DNA from: Paramoeba atlantica
Lineage: Eukaryota > Protista > Discosea
Reading direction: 5' to 3'
NCBI GenBank assembly: GCA_977017575.1
Contig: CDRNVI010000026.1
Span: 558,001-622,000 of the forward strand
Length of the DNA stretch: 64,000 nt
Of this stretch, positions 11,760 through 24,959 are shown one piece after another. Every line of letters starts with the position of its first letter. Position 1 is the first letter of the stretch. The notes below the pieces were generated by a model, which saw nothing but the letters and a program-made list of their open reading frames with translations, had not been told where the DNA came from and ran no database searches. The position numbers and the translations under genes are program-made.

Positions 11760-14700
11760 CAAAAAAACAAAGGTCTTCAAAAAAACAAAGGTCTTCAAAA
11801 AAACAAAGGTCTTCAAAAACAAAGGTCTTCAAAAAAACAAAGGTCTTCAAAAAAACAAAGGTCTTCAAAAAAACAAAGGTCTTCAAAAAAACAAAGGTCT
11901 TCAAAAAAACAAAGGTCTTCAAAAAAACAAAGGTCTTCAAAAAAACATAGGTCTTCAAAAAAACAAAGGTCTTCAAAAAAACAAAGGTCTTCAAAAAAAC
12001 AAAGGTCTTCAAAAAAACAAAGGTCTTCAAAAACAAAGGTCTTCAAAAAAACAAAGGTCTTCAAAAAAACAAAGGTCTTCAAAAAAAGAAAGGTCTTCAA
12101 AAAAAACAAAGGTCTTCAAAAACAAAGGTCTTCAAAAAAACAAAGGTCTTCAAAAAGTCAAAAGGTCTTCAAAAAAAAAGGTCTTCAAAAAAACAAAGGT
12201 CTTCAAAAAAACAAAGGTCTTCAAAAAAACAAAAGGTCTTCAAAAAAAGAAAGGTCTTCAAAAAAACAAAGGTCTTCAAAAAAACAAAGGTCTTCAAAAA
12301 AAAAAAGGTCTTCAAAAAAAACAAAGGTCTTCAAAAAAACAAAAGTCTTCAAAAAAACAAAGTCTTCAAAAAATCAAAGGTCTTCAAAAAAACAAAGGTC
12401 TTCAAAAAAACAAAGGTCTTCAAAAAAACAAAGGTCTTCAAAAAAACAAAGGTCTTCAAAAAAACAAAGGTCTTCAAAAAAACAAAGGTCTTCAAAAAAA
12501 CAAAGGTCTTCAAAAAAACAAAGGTCTTCAAAAAAACAAAGGTCTTCAAAAAAACAAAGGTCTTCAAAAAAACAAAGGTCCTCAAAAAAACAAAGGTCTT
12601 CAAAAAAAACAAAGGTCATCAAAAAAACAAAGGTCTTCAAAAAAACAAAGGTCTTCGAAAAAACAAAGGTCTTCAAAAAAACAAAGGTCTTCAAAAAAAA
12701 AAAGGTCTTCAAAAAAAACAAAGGTCTTCAAAAAAACAAAAGTCTTCAAAAAAACAAAGTCTTCAAAAAATCAAAGGTCTTCAAAAAAACAAAGGTCTTC
12801 AAAAAAACAAAGGTCTTCAAAAAAACAAAGGTCTTCAAAAAAACAAAGGTCCTCAAAAAAACAAAGGTCTTCAAAAAAAACAAAGGTCATCAAAAAAACA
12901 AAGGTCTTCAAAAAAACATAGGTCTTCAAAAAAACAAAGGTCTTCAAAAAAACAAAGGTCTTCAAAAAAACAAAGGTCTTCAAAAAAACAAAGGTCTTCA
13001 AAAACAAAAGTCTTCAAAAAAACAAAGGTCTTCAAAAAAACAAAGGTCTTCAAAAAAAGAAAGGTCTTCAAAAAAAACAAAGGTCTTCAAAAACACAAGT
13101 CTTCAAAAAAACAAAGGTCTTCAAAAAAAAAAAGGTCTTCAAAAAAACAAAGGTCTTCAAAAAAAGAAAGGTCTTCAAAAAAAACAAAGGTCTTCAAAAA
13201 CAAAGGTCTTCAAAAAGTCAAAAGGTCTTCAAAAAAAAAGGTCTTCAAAAAAACAAAGGTCTTCAAAAAAACAAAGGTCTTCAAAAAAACAAAAGGTCTT
13301 CAAAAAAAGAAAGGTCTTCAAAAAAACAAAGGTCTTCGAAAAAACAAAGGTCTTCAAAAAAACAAAGGTCTTCAAAAAAACAAAGGTCTTCAAAAAAACA
13401 AAGGTCTTCAAAAAAAAAGGTCTTCAAAAAAACAAAGGTCTTCAAAAAAACAAAGGTCTTCAAAAAAACAAAAGGTCTTCAAAAAAAGAAAGGTCTTCAA
13501 AAAAACAAAGGTCTTCAAAAAAACAAAGGTCTTCAAAAAAACAAAGGTCTTCGAAAAAACAAAGGTCTTCAAAAAAAAAAAGGTCTTCAAAAAAACAAAG
13601 GTCTGCAAAAAAACAAAGGTCTTCAAAAACAAAGGTCTTCAAAAAAACAAAGGTCTTCAAAAAAACAAAGGTCTTCAAAAAAACAAAGGTCTTCAAAAAA
13701 ACAAAGGTCTTCAAAAAAACAAAGGTCTTCAAAAAAACAAAGGTCTTCAAAAAAACATAGGTCTTCAAAAAAACAAAGGTCTTCAAAAAAACAAAGGTCT
13801 TCAAAAAAACAAAGGTCTTCAAAAAAACAAAGGTCTTCAAAAACAAAGGTCTTCAAAAAAACAAAGGTCTTCAAAAAAACAAAGGTCTTCAAAAAAAGAA
13901 AGGTCTTCAAAAAAAACAAAGGTCTTCAAAAACAAAGGTCTTCAAAAAAACAAAGGTCTTCAAAAAGTCAAAAGGTCTTCAAAAAAAAAGGTCTTCAAAA
14001 AAACAAAGGTCTTCAAAAAAACAAAGGTCTTCAAAAAAACAAAAGGTCTTCAAAAAAAGAAAGGTCTTCAAAAAAACAAAGGTCTTCAAAAAAACAAAGG
14101 TCTTCAAAAAAAAAAAGGTCTTCAAAAAAAACAAAGGTCTTCAAAAAAACAAAAGTCTTCAAAAAAACAAAGTCTTCAAAAAATCAAAGGTCTTCAAAAA
14201 AACAAAGGTCTTCAAAAAAACAAAGGTCTTCAAAAAAACAAAGGTCTTCAAAAAAACAAAGGTCTTCAAAAAAACAAAGGTCTTCAAAAAAACAAAGGTC
14301 TTCAAAAAAACAAAGGTCTTCAAAAAAACAAAGGTCTTCAAAAAAACAAAGGTCTTCAAAAAAACAAAGGTCTTCAAAAAAACAAAGGTCCTCAAAAAAA
14401 CAAAGGTCTTCAAAAAAAACAAAGGTCATCAAAAAAACAAAGGTCTTCAAAAAAACAAAGGTCTTCGAAAAAACAAAGGTCTTCAAAAAAACAAAGGTCT
14501 TCAAAAAAAAAAAGGTCTTCAAAAAAAACAAAGGTCTTCAAAAAAACAAAAGTCTTCAAAAAAACAAAGTCTTCAAAAAATCAAAGGTCTTCAAAAAAAC
14601 AAAGGTCTTCAAAAAAACAAAGGTCTTCAAAAAAACAAAGGTCTTCAAAAAAACAAAGGTCCTCAAAAAAACAAAGGTCTTCAAAAAAAACAAAGGTCAT

Positions 14701-14930
14701 CAAAAAAACAAAGGTCTTCAAAAAAACACAGGTCTTCAAAAAAACAAAGGTCTTCAAAAAAACATAGGTCTTCAAAAAAACAAAGGTCTTCAAAAAAACA
14801 AAGGTCTTCAAAAAAACAAAGGTCTTCAAAAAAACAAAGGTCTTCAAAAACAAAGGTCTTCAAAAAAACAAAGGTCTTCAAAAAAACAAAGGTCTTCAAA
14901 AAAAGAAAGGTCTTCAAAAAAAACAAAGGT
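11760..14930 (+). repeat. Tandem duplication, offset 1810 bp
   Basis: ORF pairs 11813/13623, 12349/14159, 12374/14184, 12771/14581; GGTCCTC 12581/14391. CACAAGTCTTC marks the end of both copies. Confidence 0.88.
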
Positions 14931-15679
14931 CTTCAAAAACACAAGTCTTCAAAAAAACAAAGGTCTTCAAAAAAAAAAAGGTCTTCAAAAAAACAAAGGT
15001 CTTCAAAAAAACAAAGGTCTTCAAAAACAAAGGTCTTCAAAAAAACAAAGGTCTTCAAAAAAACAAAGGTCTTCAAAAAAACAAAGGTCTTCAAAAAAAC
15101 AAAGGTCTTCAAAAACAAAGGTCTTCAAAAAAACAAAGGTCTACAAAAAAACAAAGGTCTTCAAAAAAAGAAAGGTCTTCAAAAAAAACAAAGGTCTTCA
15201 AAAACAAAGGTCTTCAAAAAAACAAAGGTCTTCAAAAAAACAAAGGTCTTCAAAAAAACAAAGGTCTTCAAAAAAACAAAGGTCTTCAAAAACAAAGGTC
15301 TTCAAAAAAACAAAGGTCTTCAAAAAAACAAAGGTCTTCAAAAAAACAAAGGTCTTCAAAAAAACAAAGGTCTTCAAAAAAACAAAGGTCTTCAAAAAAA
15401 CAAAGGTCTTCAAAAAAACATAGGTCTTCAAAAAAACAAAGGTCTTCAAAAAAACAAAGGTCTTCAAAAAAACAAAGGTCTTCAAAAAAACAAAGGTCTT
15501 CAAAAACAAAGGTCTTCAAAAAAACAAAGGTCTTCAAAAAAACAAAGGTCTTCAAAAAAAGAAAGGTCTTCAAAAAAAACAAAGGTCTTCAAAAACAAAG
15601 GTCTTCAAAAAAACAAAGGTCTTCAAAAAGTCAAAAGGTCTTCAAAAAAAAAGGTCTTCAAAAAAACAAAGGTCTTCAA

Positions 15680-18600
15680 AAAGTCAAAAGGTCTTCAAAA
15701 AAAAAGGTCTTCAAAAAAACAAAGGTCTTCAAAAAAACAAAGGTCTTCAAAAAAACAAAAGGTCTTCAAAAAAAGAAAGGTCTTCAAAAAAAACAAAGGT
15801 CTTCAAAAAAACAAAGGTCTTCAAAAAAAGAAAGGTCTTCAAAAAAAACAAAGGTCTTCAAAAACAAAGGTCTTCAAAAAAACAAAGGTCTTCAAAAAAA
15901 AAAAGGTCTTCAAAAAAACAAAGGTCTTCAAAAAAACAAAGGTCTTCAAAAACAAAAGTCTTCAAAAAAACAAAGGTCTTCAAAAAAACAAAGGTCTTCA
16001 AAAACAAAGGTCTTCAAAAAAACAAAGGTCTTCAAAAAAACAAAGGTCTTCAAAAAAACAAAGGTCTTCAAAAAAACAAAGGTCTTCAAAAACAAAGGTC
16101 TTCAAAAAAACAAAGGTCTTCAAAAAAACAAAGGTCTTCAAAAAAAGAAAGGTCTTCAAAAAAAACAAAGGTCTTCAAAAACAAAGGTCTTCAAAAAAAC
16201 AAAGGTCTTCAAAAAAACAAAGGTCTTCAAAAAAACAAAGGTCTTCAAAAAAACAAAGGTCTTCAAAAACAAAGGTCTTCAAAAAAACAAAGGTCTTCAA
16301 AAAAACAAAGGTCTTCAAAAAAACAAAGGTCTTCAAAAAAACAAAGGTCTTCAAAAAAACAAAGGTCTTCAAAAAAACAAAGGTCTTCAAAAAAACATAG
16401 GTCTTCAAAAAAACAAAGGTCTTCAAAAAAACAAAGGTCTTCAAAAAAACAAAGGTCTTCAAAAAAACAAAGGTCTTCAAAAACAAAGGTCTTCAAAAAA
16501 ACAAAGGTCTTCAAAAAAACAAAGGTCTTCAAAAAAACAAAGGTCTTCAAAAACAAAGGTCTTCAAAAAAACAAAGGTCTTCAAAAAAACAAAGGTCTTC
16601 AAAAAAAGAAAGGTCTTCAAAAAAAACAAAGGTCTTCAAAAACAAAGGTCTTCAAAAAAACAAAGGTCTTCAAAAAAACAAAGGTCTTCAAAAAAACAAA
16701 GGTCTTCAAAAAAACAAAGGTCTTCAAAAACAAAGGTCTTCAAAAAAACAAAGGTCTTCAAAAAAACAAAGGTCTTCAAAAAAACAAAGGTCTTCAAAAA
16801 AACAAAGGTCTTCAAAAAAACAAAGGTCTTCAAAAAAACAAAGGTCTTCAAAAAAACAAAGGTCTTCAAAAAAACATAGGTCTTCAAAAAAACAAAGGTC
16901 TTCAAAAAAACAAAGGTCTTCAAAAAAACAAAGGTCTTCAAAAAAACAAAGGTCTTCAAAAACAAAGGTCTTCAAAAAAACAAAGGTCTTCAAAAAAACA
17001 AAGGTCTTCAAAAAAACAAAGGTCTTCAAAAAATCAAAGGTCTTCAAAAAAACAAAGGTCTTCAAAAAAACAAAGGTCTTCAAAAAAACAAAGGTCTTCA
17101 AAAAAACAAAGGTCTTCAAAAAAACAAAGGTCTTCAAAAAAACAAAGGTCTTCAAAAAAACAAAGGTCTTCAAAAAAACAAAGGTCTTCAAAAAAACAAA
17201 GGTCTTCAAAAAAACAAAAGGTCTCCAAAAAAAGAAAGGTCTTCAAAAAAACAAAGGTCTTCAAAAAAACAAAGGTCTTCAAAAAAACAAAGGTCTTCAA
17301 AAAAACATAGGTCTTCAAAAAAACAAAGGTCTTCAAAAAAACAAAGGTCTTCAAAAAAACAAAGGTCTTCAAAAAAACAAAGGTCTTCAAAAACAAAGGT
17401 CTTCAAAAAAACAAAGGTCTTCAAAAAAACAAAGGTCTTCAAAAAAAGAAAGGTCTTCAAAAAAAACAAAGGTCTTCAAAAACAAAGGTCTTCAAAAAAA
17501 CAAAGGTCTTCAAAAAAAACAAAGGTCTTCAAAAACAAAGGTCTTCAAAAAAACAAAGGTCTTCAAAAAGTCAAAAGGTCTTCAAAAAAAAAGGTCTTCA
17601 AAAAAACAAAGGTCTTCAAAAAAACAAAGGTCTTCAAAAAAACAAAAGGTCTTCAAAAAAAGAAAGGTCTTCAAAAAAAACAAAGGTCTTCAAAAAAACA
17701 AAGGTCTTCAAAAAAAGAAAGGTCTTCAAAAAAAACAAAGGTCTTCAAAAACAAAGGTCTTCAAAAAAACAAAGGTCTTCAAAAAAAAAAAGGTCTTCAA
17801 AAAAACAAAGGTCTTCAAAAAAACAAAGGTCTTCAAAAACAAAAGTCTTCAAAAAAACAAAGGTCTTCAAAAAAACAAAGGTCTTCAAAAACAAAGGTCT
17901 TCAAAAAAACAAAGGTCTTCAAAAAAACAAAGGTCTTCAAAAAAACAAAGGTCTTCAAAAAAACAAAGGTCTTCAAAAACAAAGGTCTTCAAAAAAACAA
18001 AGGTCTTCAAAAAAACAAAGGTCTTCAAAAAAAGAAAGGTCTTCAAAAAAAACAAAGGTCTTCAAAAACAAAGGTCTTCAAAAAAACAAAGGTCTTCAAA
18101 AAAACAAAGGTCTTCAAAAAAACAAAGGTCTTCAAAAAAACAAAGGTCTTCAAAAACAAAGGTCTTCAAAAAAACAAAGGTCTTCAAAAAAACAAAGGTC
18201 TTCAAAAAAACAAAGGTCTTCAAAAAAACAAAGGTCTTCAAAAAAACAAAGGTCTTCAAAAAAACAAAGGTCTTCAAAAAAACATAGGTCTTCAAAAAAA
18301 CAAAGGTCTTCAAAAAAACAAAGGTCTTCAAAAAAACAAAGGTCTTCAAAAAAACAAAGGTCTTCAAAAACAAAGGTCTTCAAAAAAACAAAGGTCTTCA
18401 AAAAAACAAAGGTCTTCAAAAAAACAAAGGTCTTCAAAAACAAAGGTCTTCAAAAAAACAAAGGTCTTCAAAAAAACAAAGGTCTTCAAAAAAAGAAAGG
18501 TCTTCAAAAAAAACAAAGGTCTTCAAAAACAAAGGTCTTCAAAAAAACAAAGGTCTTCAAAAAAACAAAGGTCTTCAAAAAAACAAAGGTCTTCAAAAAA

Positions 18601-18900
18601 ACAAAGGTCTTCAAAAACAAAGGTCTTCAAAAAAACAAAGGTCTTCAAAAAAACAAAGGTCTTCAAAAAAACAAAGGTCTTCAAAAAAACAAAGGTCTTC
18701 AAAAAAACAAAGGTCTTCAAAAAAACAAAGGTCTTCAAAAAAACATAGGTCTTCAAAAAAACAAAGGTCTTCAAAAAAACAAAGGTCTTCAAAAAAACAA
18801 AGGTCTTCAAAGAAACAAAGGTCTTCAAAAACAAAGGTCTTCAAAAAAACAAAGGTCTTCAAAAAAACAAAGGTCTTCAAAAAAAGAAAGGTCTTCAAAA
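15680..18900 (+). repeat. Tandem duplication, offset 1887 bp, containing a 461-bp sub-period
   Basis: A5CAAAAGTCTTC 15953/17840; ORF pairs 16175/18062 and 16636/18523 (1887), 16175/16636 and 18062/18523 (461). Confidence 0.82.
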
Positions 18901-20379
18901 AATCAAAGGTCTTCAAAAAAACAAAGGTCTTCAAAAAAACAAAGGTCTTCAAAAAAACAAAGGTCTTCAAAAAAACAAAGGTCTTCAAAAAAACAAAGGT
19001 CTTCAAAAAAACAAAGGTCTTCAAAAAAACAAAGGTCTTCAAAAAAACAAAGGTCTTCAAAAAAACAAAGGTCTTCAAAAAAACAAAGGTCCTCAAAAAA
19101 ACAAAGGTCTTCAAAAAAAACAAAGGTCATCAAAAAAACAAAGGTCTTCAAAAAAACAAAGGTCTTCGAAAAAACAAAGGTCTTCAAAAAAACAAAGGTC
19201 TTCAAAAAAAAAAAGGTCTTCAAAAAAAACAAAGGTCTTCAAAAAAACAAAAGTCTTCAAAAAAACAAAGTCTTCAAAAAATCAAAGGTCTTCAAAAAAA
19301 CAAAGGTCTTCAAAAAAACAAAGGTCTTCAAAAAAACAAAGGTCTTCAAAAAAACAAAGGTCCTCAAAAAAACAAAGGTCTTCAAAAAAAACAAAGGTCA
19401 TCAAAAAAACAAAGGTCTTCAAAAAAACAAAGGTCTTCAAAAAAACAAAGGTCTTCAAAAAAACATAGGTCTTCAAAAAAACAAAGGTCTTCAAAAAAAC
19501 AAAGGTCTTCAAAAAAACAAAGGTCTTCAAAAAAACAAAGGTCTTCAAAAACAAAGGTCTTCAAAAAAACAAAGGTCTTCAAAAAAACAAAGGTCTTCAA
19601 AAAAAGAAAGGTCTTCAAAAAAAACAAACGTCTTCAAAAACAAAGGTCTTCAAAAAAACTAAGGTCTTCAAAAAGTCAAAAGGTCTTCAAAAAAAAAGGT
19701 CTTCAAAAAAACAAAGGTCTTCAAAAAAACAAAGGTCTTCAAAAAAAGAAAGGTCTTCAAAAAATCAAAGGTCTTTAAAAAAACAAAGGTCTTCAAAAAA
19801 ACAAAGGTCTTCAAAAAAACAAAGGTCTTCAAAAAAACAAAGGTCTTCAAAAAAACAAAGGTCTTCAAAAAAACAAAGGTCTTCAAAAAAACAAAGGTCT
19901 TCAAAAAAACAAAGGTCTTCAAAAAAACAAAGGTCTTCAAAAAAACAAAGGTCCTCAAAAAAACAAAGGTCTTCAAAAAAAACAAAGGTCATCAAAAAAA
20001 CAAAGGTCTTCAAAAAAACAAAGGTCTTCGAAAAAACAAAGGTCTTCAAAAAAACAAAGGTCTTCAAAAAAAAAAAGGTCTTCAAAAAAAACAAAGGTCT
20101 TCAAAAAAACAAAAGTCTTCAAAAAAACAAAGTCTTCAAAAAATCAAAGGTCTTCAAAAAAACAAAGGTCTTCAAAAAAACAAAGGTCTTCAAAAAAACA
20201 AAGGTCTTCAAAAAAACAAAGGTCCTCAAAAAAACAAAGGTCTTCAAAAAAAACAAAGGTCATCAAAAAAACAAAGGTCTTCAAAAAAACAAAGGTCTTC
20301 AAAAAAACAAAGGTCTTCAAAAAAACAAAGGTCATCAAAAAAACAAAGGTCTTCAAAAAAACAAAGGTCATCAAAAAAA

Positions 20380-22580
20380 CAAAGGTCTTCAAAAAAACAA
20401 AGGTCTTCAAAAAAACAAAGGTCTTCAAAAAAACATAGGTCTTCAAAAAAACAAAGGTCTTCAAAAAAACAAAGGTCTTCAAAAAAACAAAGGTCTTCAA
20501 AAAAACAAAGGTCTTCAAAAACAAAGGTCTTCAAAAAAACAAAGGTCTTCAAAAAAACAAAGGTCTTCAAAAAAAGAAAGGTCTTCAAAAAAAACAAAGG
20601 TCTTCAAAAACAAAGGTCTTCAAAAAAACAAAGGTCTTCAAAAAGTCAAAAGGTCTTCAAAAAAAAAGGTCTTCAAAAAAACAAAGGTCTTCAAAAAAAC
20701 AAAGGTCTTCAAAAAAACAAAAGGTCTTCAAAAAAAGAAAGGTCTTCAAAAAAACAAAGGTCTTCAAAAAAACAAACGTCTTCAAAAAAACAAAGGTCTT
20801 CAAAAAAACAAAGGTCTTCAAAAAAACAAAGGTCTTCAAAAAAACAAAAGGTCTTCAAAAAAACAAAGGTCTTCAAAAAAACAAAGGTCTTCAAAAAAAA
20901 CAAAGGTCATCAAAAAAACAAAGGTCTTCAAAAAAACAAAGGTCTTCAAAAAAAAAAAGGTCTTCAAAAAAACAAAGGTCTTCAAAAAAACAAAGGTCTT
21001 CAAAAAAACAAAGGTCTTCAAAAACAAAGGTCTTCAAAAAAACAAAGGTCTTCAAAAAAACAAAGGTCTTCAAAAAAACATAGGTCTTCAAAAAAACAAA
21101 GGTCTTCAAAAAAACAAAGGTCTTCAAAAAAACAAAGGTCTTCAAAAAAACATAGGTCTTCAAAAAAACAAAGGTCTTCAAAAAAACAAAGGTCTTCAAA
21201 AAAACAAAGGTCTTCAAAAACAAAGGTCTTCAAAAAAACAAAGGTCTTCAAAAAAACAAAGGTCTTCAAAGAAAGAAAGGTCTTCAAAAAAAACAAAGGT
21301 CTTCAAAAACAAAGGTCTTCAAAAAAACAAAGGTCTTCAAAAAGTCAAAAGGTCTTCAAAAAAAAAGGTCTTCAAAAAAACAAAGGTCTTCAAAAAAACA
21401 AAGGTCTTCAAAAAAACAAAGGTCCTCAAAAAAACAAAGGTCTTCAAAAAAAACAAAGGTCATCAAAAAAACAAAGGTCTTCAAAAAAACAAAGGTCTTC
21501 AAAAAAACAAAGGTCTTCAAAAAAACAAAGGTCATCAAAAAAACAAAGGTCTTCAAAAAAAACAAAGGTCATCAAAAAAACAAAGGTCTTCAAAAAAACA
21601 AAGGTCTTCAAAAAAACAAAGGTCTTCAAAAAAACATAGGTCTTCAAAAAAACAAAGGTCTTCAAAAAAACAAAGGTCTTCAAAAAAACAAAGGTCTTCA
21701 AAAAAACAAAGGTCTTCAAAAACAAAGGTCTTCAAAAAAACAAAGGTCTTCAAAAAAACAAAGGTCTTCAAAAAAAGAAAGGTCTTCAAAAAAAACAAAG
21801 GTCTTCAAAAACAAAGGTCTTCAAAAAAACAAAGGTCTTCAAAAAGTCAAAAGGTCTTCAAAAAAAAAGGTCTTCAAAAAAACAAAGGTCTTCAAAAAAA
21901 CAAAGGTCTTCAAAAAAACAAAAGGTCTTCAAAAAAAGAAAGGTCTTCAAAAAAACAAAGGTCTTCAAAAAAACAAAGGTCTTCAAAAAAACAAAGGTCT
22001 TCAAAAAAACAAAGGTCTTCAAAAAAACAAAGGTCTTCAAAAAAACAAAAGGTCTTCAAAAAAACAAAGGTCTTCAAAAAAACAAAGGTCTTCAAAAAAA
22101 ACAAAGGTCATCAAAAAAACAAAGGTCTTCAAAAAAACAAAGGTCTTCAAAAAAAAAAAGGTCTTCAAAAAAACAAAGGTCTTCAAAAAAACAAAGGTCT
22201 TCAAAAAAACAAAGGTCTTCAAAAACAAAGGTCTTCAAAAAAACAAAGGTCTTCAAAAAAACAAAGGTCTTCAAAAAAACAAAGGTCTTCAAAAAAACAA
22301 AGGTCTTCAAAAAAACAAAGGTCTTCAAAAAAACAAAGGTCTTCAAAAAAACATAGGTCTTCAAAAAATCAAAGGTCTTCAAAAAAACAAAGGTCTTCAA
22401 AAAAACAAAGGTCTTCAAAAACAAAGGTCTTCAAAAAAACAAAGGTCTTCAAAAAAACAAAGGTCTTCAAAGAAAGAAAGGTCTTCAAAAAAAACAAAGG
22501 TCTTCAAAAACAAAGGTCTTCAAAAAAACAAAGGTCTTCAAAAAGTCAAAAGGTCTTCAAAAAAAAAGGTCTTCAAAAAA
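20380..22580 (+). repeat. Tandem duplication, offset 1201 bp
   Basis: AAAGAAAGAAAGG 21271/22472; ORF pairs 20657/21858, 20709/21910, 20836/22037, 20891/22092. Confidence 0.85.
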
Positions 22581-24959
22581 ACAAAGGTCTTCAAAAAAGC
22601 AAAGGTCTTCAAAAAAACAAAAGGTCTTCAAAAAAAGAAAGGTCTTCAAAAAAACAAAGGTCTTCAAAAAAACAAAGGTCTTCAAAAAAAAAAAGGTCTT
22701 CAAAAAAAACAAAGGTCTTCAAAAAAACAAAAGTCTTCAAAAAAACAAAGTCTTCAAAAAATCAAAGGTCTTCAAAAAAACAAAGGTCTTCAAAAAAACA
22801 AAGGTCTTCAAAAAAACAAAGGTCTTCAAAAAAATAAAGGTCTTCAAAAAAACAAAGGTCTTCAAAAAAACAAAGGTCTTCAAAAAAACAAAGGTCTTCA
22901 AAAAAACAAAGGTCTTCAAAAAAACAAAGGTCTTCAAAAACAAAGGTCTTCAAAAAAACAAAGGTCTTCAAAAAAACAAAGGTCTTCAAAAAAAGAAAGG
23001 TCTTCAAAAAAAACAAAGGTCTTCAAAAACAAAGGTCTTCAAAAAAACAAAGGTCTTCAAAAAGTCAAAAGGTCTTCAAAAAAAAAGGTCTTCAAAAAAA
23101 CAAAGGTCTTCAAAAAAACAAAGGTCTTCAAAAAAACAAAAGGTCTTCAAAAAAAGAAAGGTCTTCAAAAAAACCAAGGTCTTCAAAAAAACAAAGGTCT
23201 TCGAAAAAACAAAGGTCTTCAAAAAAACAAAGGTCTTCAAAAAAACAAAGGTCTTCAAAAAAACAAAGGTCTTCAAAAAAACATAGGTCTTCAAAAAAAC
23301 AAAGGTCTTCAAAAAAACAAAGGTCTTCAAAAAAACAAAGGTCTTCAAAAAAACAAAAGGTCTTCAAAAAAAGAAAGGTCTTCAAAAAAAGAAAGGTCTT
23401 CAAAAAAACAAAGGTCTTCGAAAAAACAAAGGTCTTCAAAAAAACAAAGGTCTTCAAAAAAAAAAAGGTCTTCAAAAAAAACAAAGGTCTTCAAAAAAAC
23501 AAAAGTCTTCAAAAAAACAAAGTCTTCAAAAAATCAAAGGTCTTCAAAAAAACAAAGGTCTTCAAAAAAACAAAGGTCTTCAAAAAAACAAAGGTCTTCA
23601 AAAAAAACAAAGGTCTTCAAAAACAAAGGTCTTCAAAAAAACAAAGGTCTTCAAAAAGTCAAAAGGTCTTCAAAAAAAAAGGTCTTCAAAAAAACAAAGG
23701 TCTTCAAAAAAACAAAGGTCTTCAAAAAAACAAAAGGTCTTCAAAAAAAGAAAGGTCTTCAAAAAAACAAAGGTCTTCAAAAAAACAAAGGTCTTCGAAA
23801 AAACAAAGGTCTTCAAAAAAACAAAGGTCTTCAAAAAAACAAAGGTCTTCAAAAAAACAAAGGTCTTCAAAAAAACAAAGGTCTTCAAAAAAACAAAGGT
23901 CTTCAAAAAAACAAAAGGTCTTCAAAAAAAGAAAGGTCTTCAAAAAAACAAAGGTCTTCAAAAAAACAAAGGTCTTCGAAAAAACAAAGGTCTTCAAAAA
24001 AACAAAAGTCTTTAAAAAAACAAAGTCTTCAAAAAATCAAAGGTCTTCAAAAAAACAAAGGTCTTCAAAAAAACAAAGGTCTTCAAAAAAACAAAGGTCT
24101 TCAAAAAAACAAAGGTCCTCAAAAAAACAAAGGTCTTCAAAAAAACAAAGGTCTTCAAAAACAAAGGTCTTCAAAAAAACAAAGGTCTTCAAAAAAAAAA
24201 AGGTCTTCAAAAAAACAAAGGTCTTCAAAAAAACAAAGGTCTTCAAAAAAACAAAGGTCTTCAAAAAAACATAGGTCTTCAAAAAAACAAAGGTCTTCAA
24301 AAAAACAAAGGTCTTCAAAAAAACAAAGGTCTTCAAAAAAACAAAGGTCTTCAAAAACAAAGGTCTTCAAAAAAACAAAGGTCTTCAAAAAAACAAAGGT
24401 CTTCAAAAAAAGAAAGGTCTTCAAAAAAAACAAAGGTCTTCAAAAACAAACGTCTTCAAAAAAACAAAGGTCTTCAAAAAGTCAAAAGGTCTTCAAAAAA
24501 AAAGGTCTTCAAAAAAACAAAGGTCTTCAAAAAAACAAAGGTCTTCAAAAAAACAAAAGGTCTTCAAAAAAAGAAAGGTCTTCAAAAAAACAAAGGTCTT
24601 CAAAAAAACAAAGGTCTTCAAAAAAACAAAAGTCTTCAAAAAAACAAAGGTCTTCAAAAAAACAAAGGTCTTCAAAAAAACAAAGGTCTTCAAAAAAAAA
24701 AAGGTCTTCAAAAAAAACAAAGGTCTTCAAAAAAACAAAAGTCTTCAAAAAAACAAAGTCTTCAAAAAATCAAAGGTCTTCAAAAAAACAAAAGGTCTTC
24801 AAAAAAAGAAAGGTCTTCAAAAAAACAAAGGTCTTCAAAAAAACAAAGGTCTTCGAAAAAACAAAGGTCTTCAAAAAAACAAAGGTCTTCAAAAAAACAA
24901 AGGTCTTCAAAAAAACAAAGGTCTTCAAAAAAACAAAGGTCTTCAAAAAAACAAAGGTC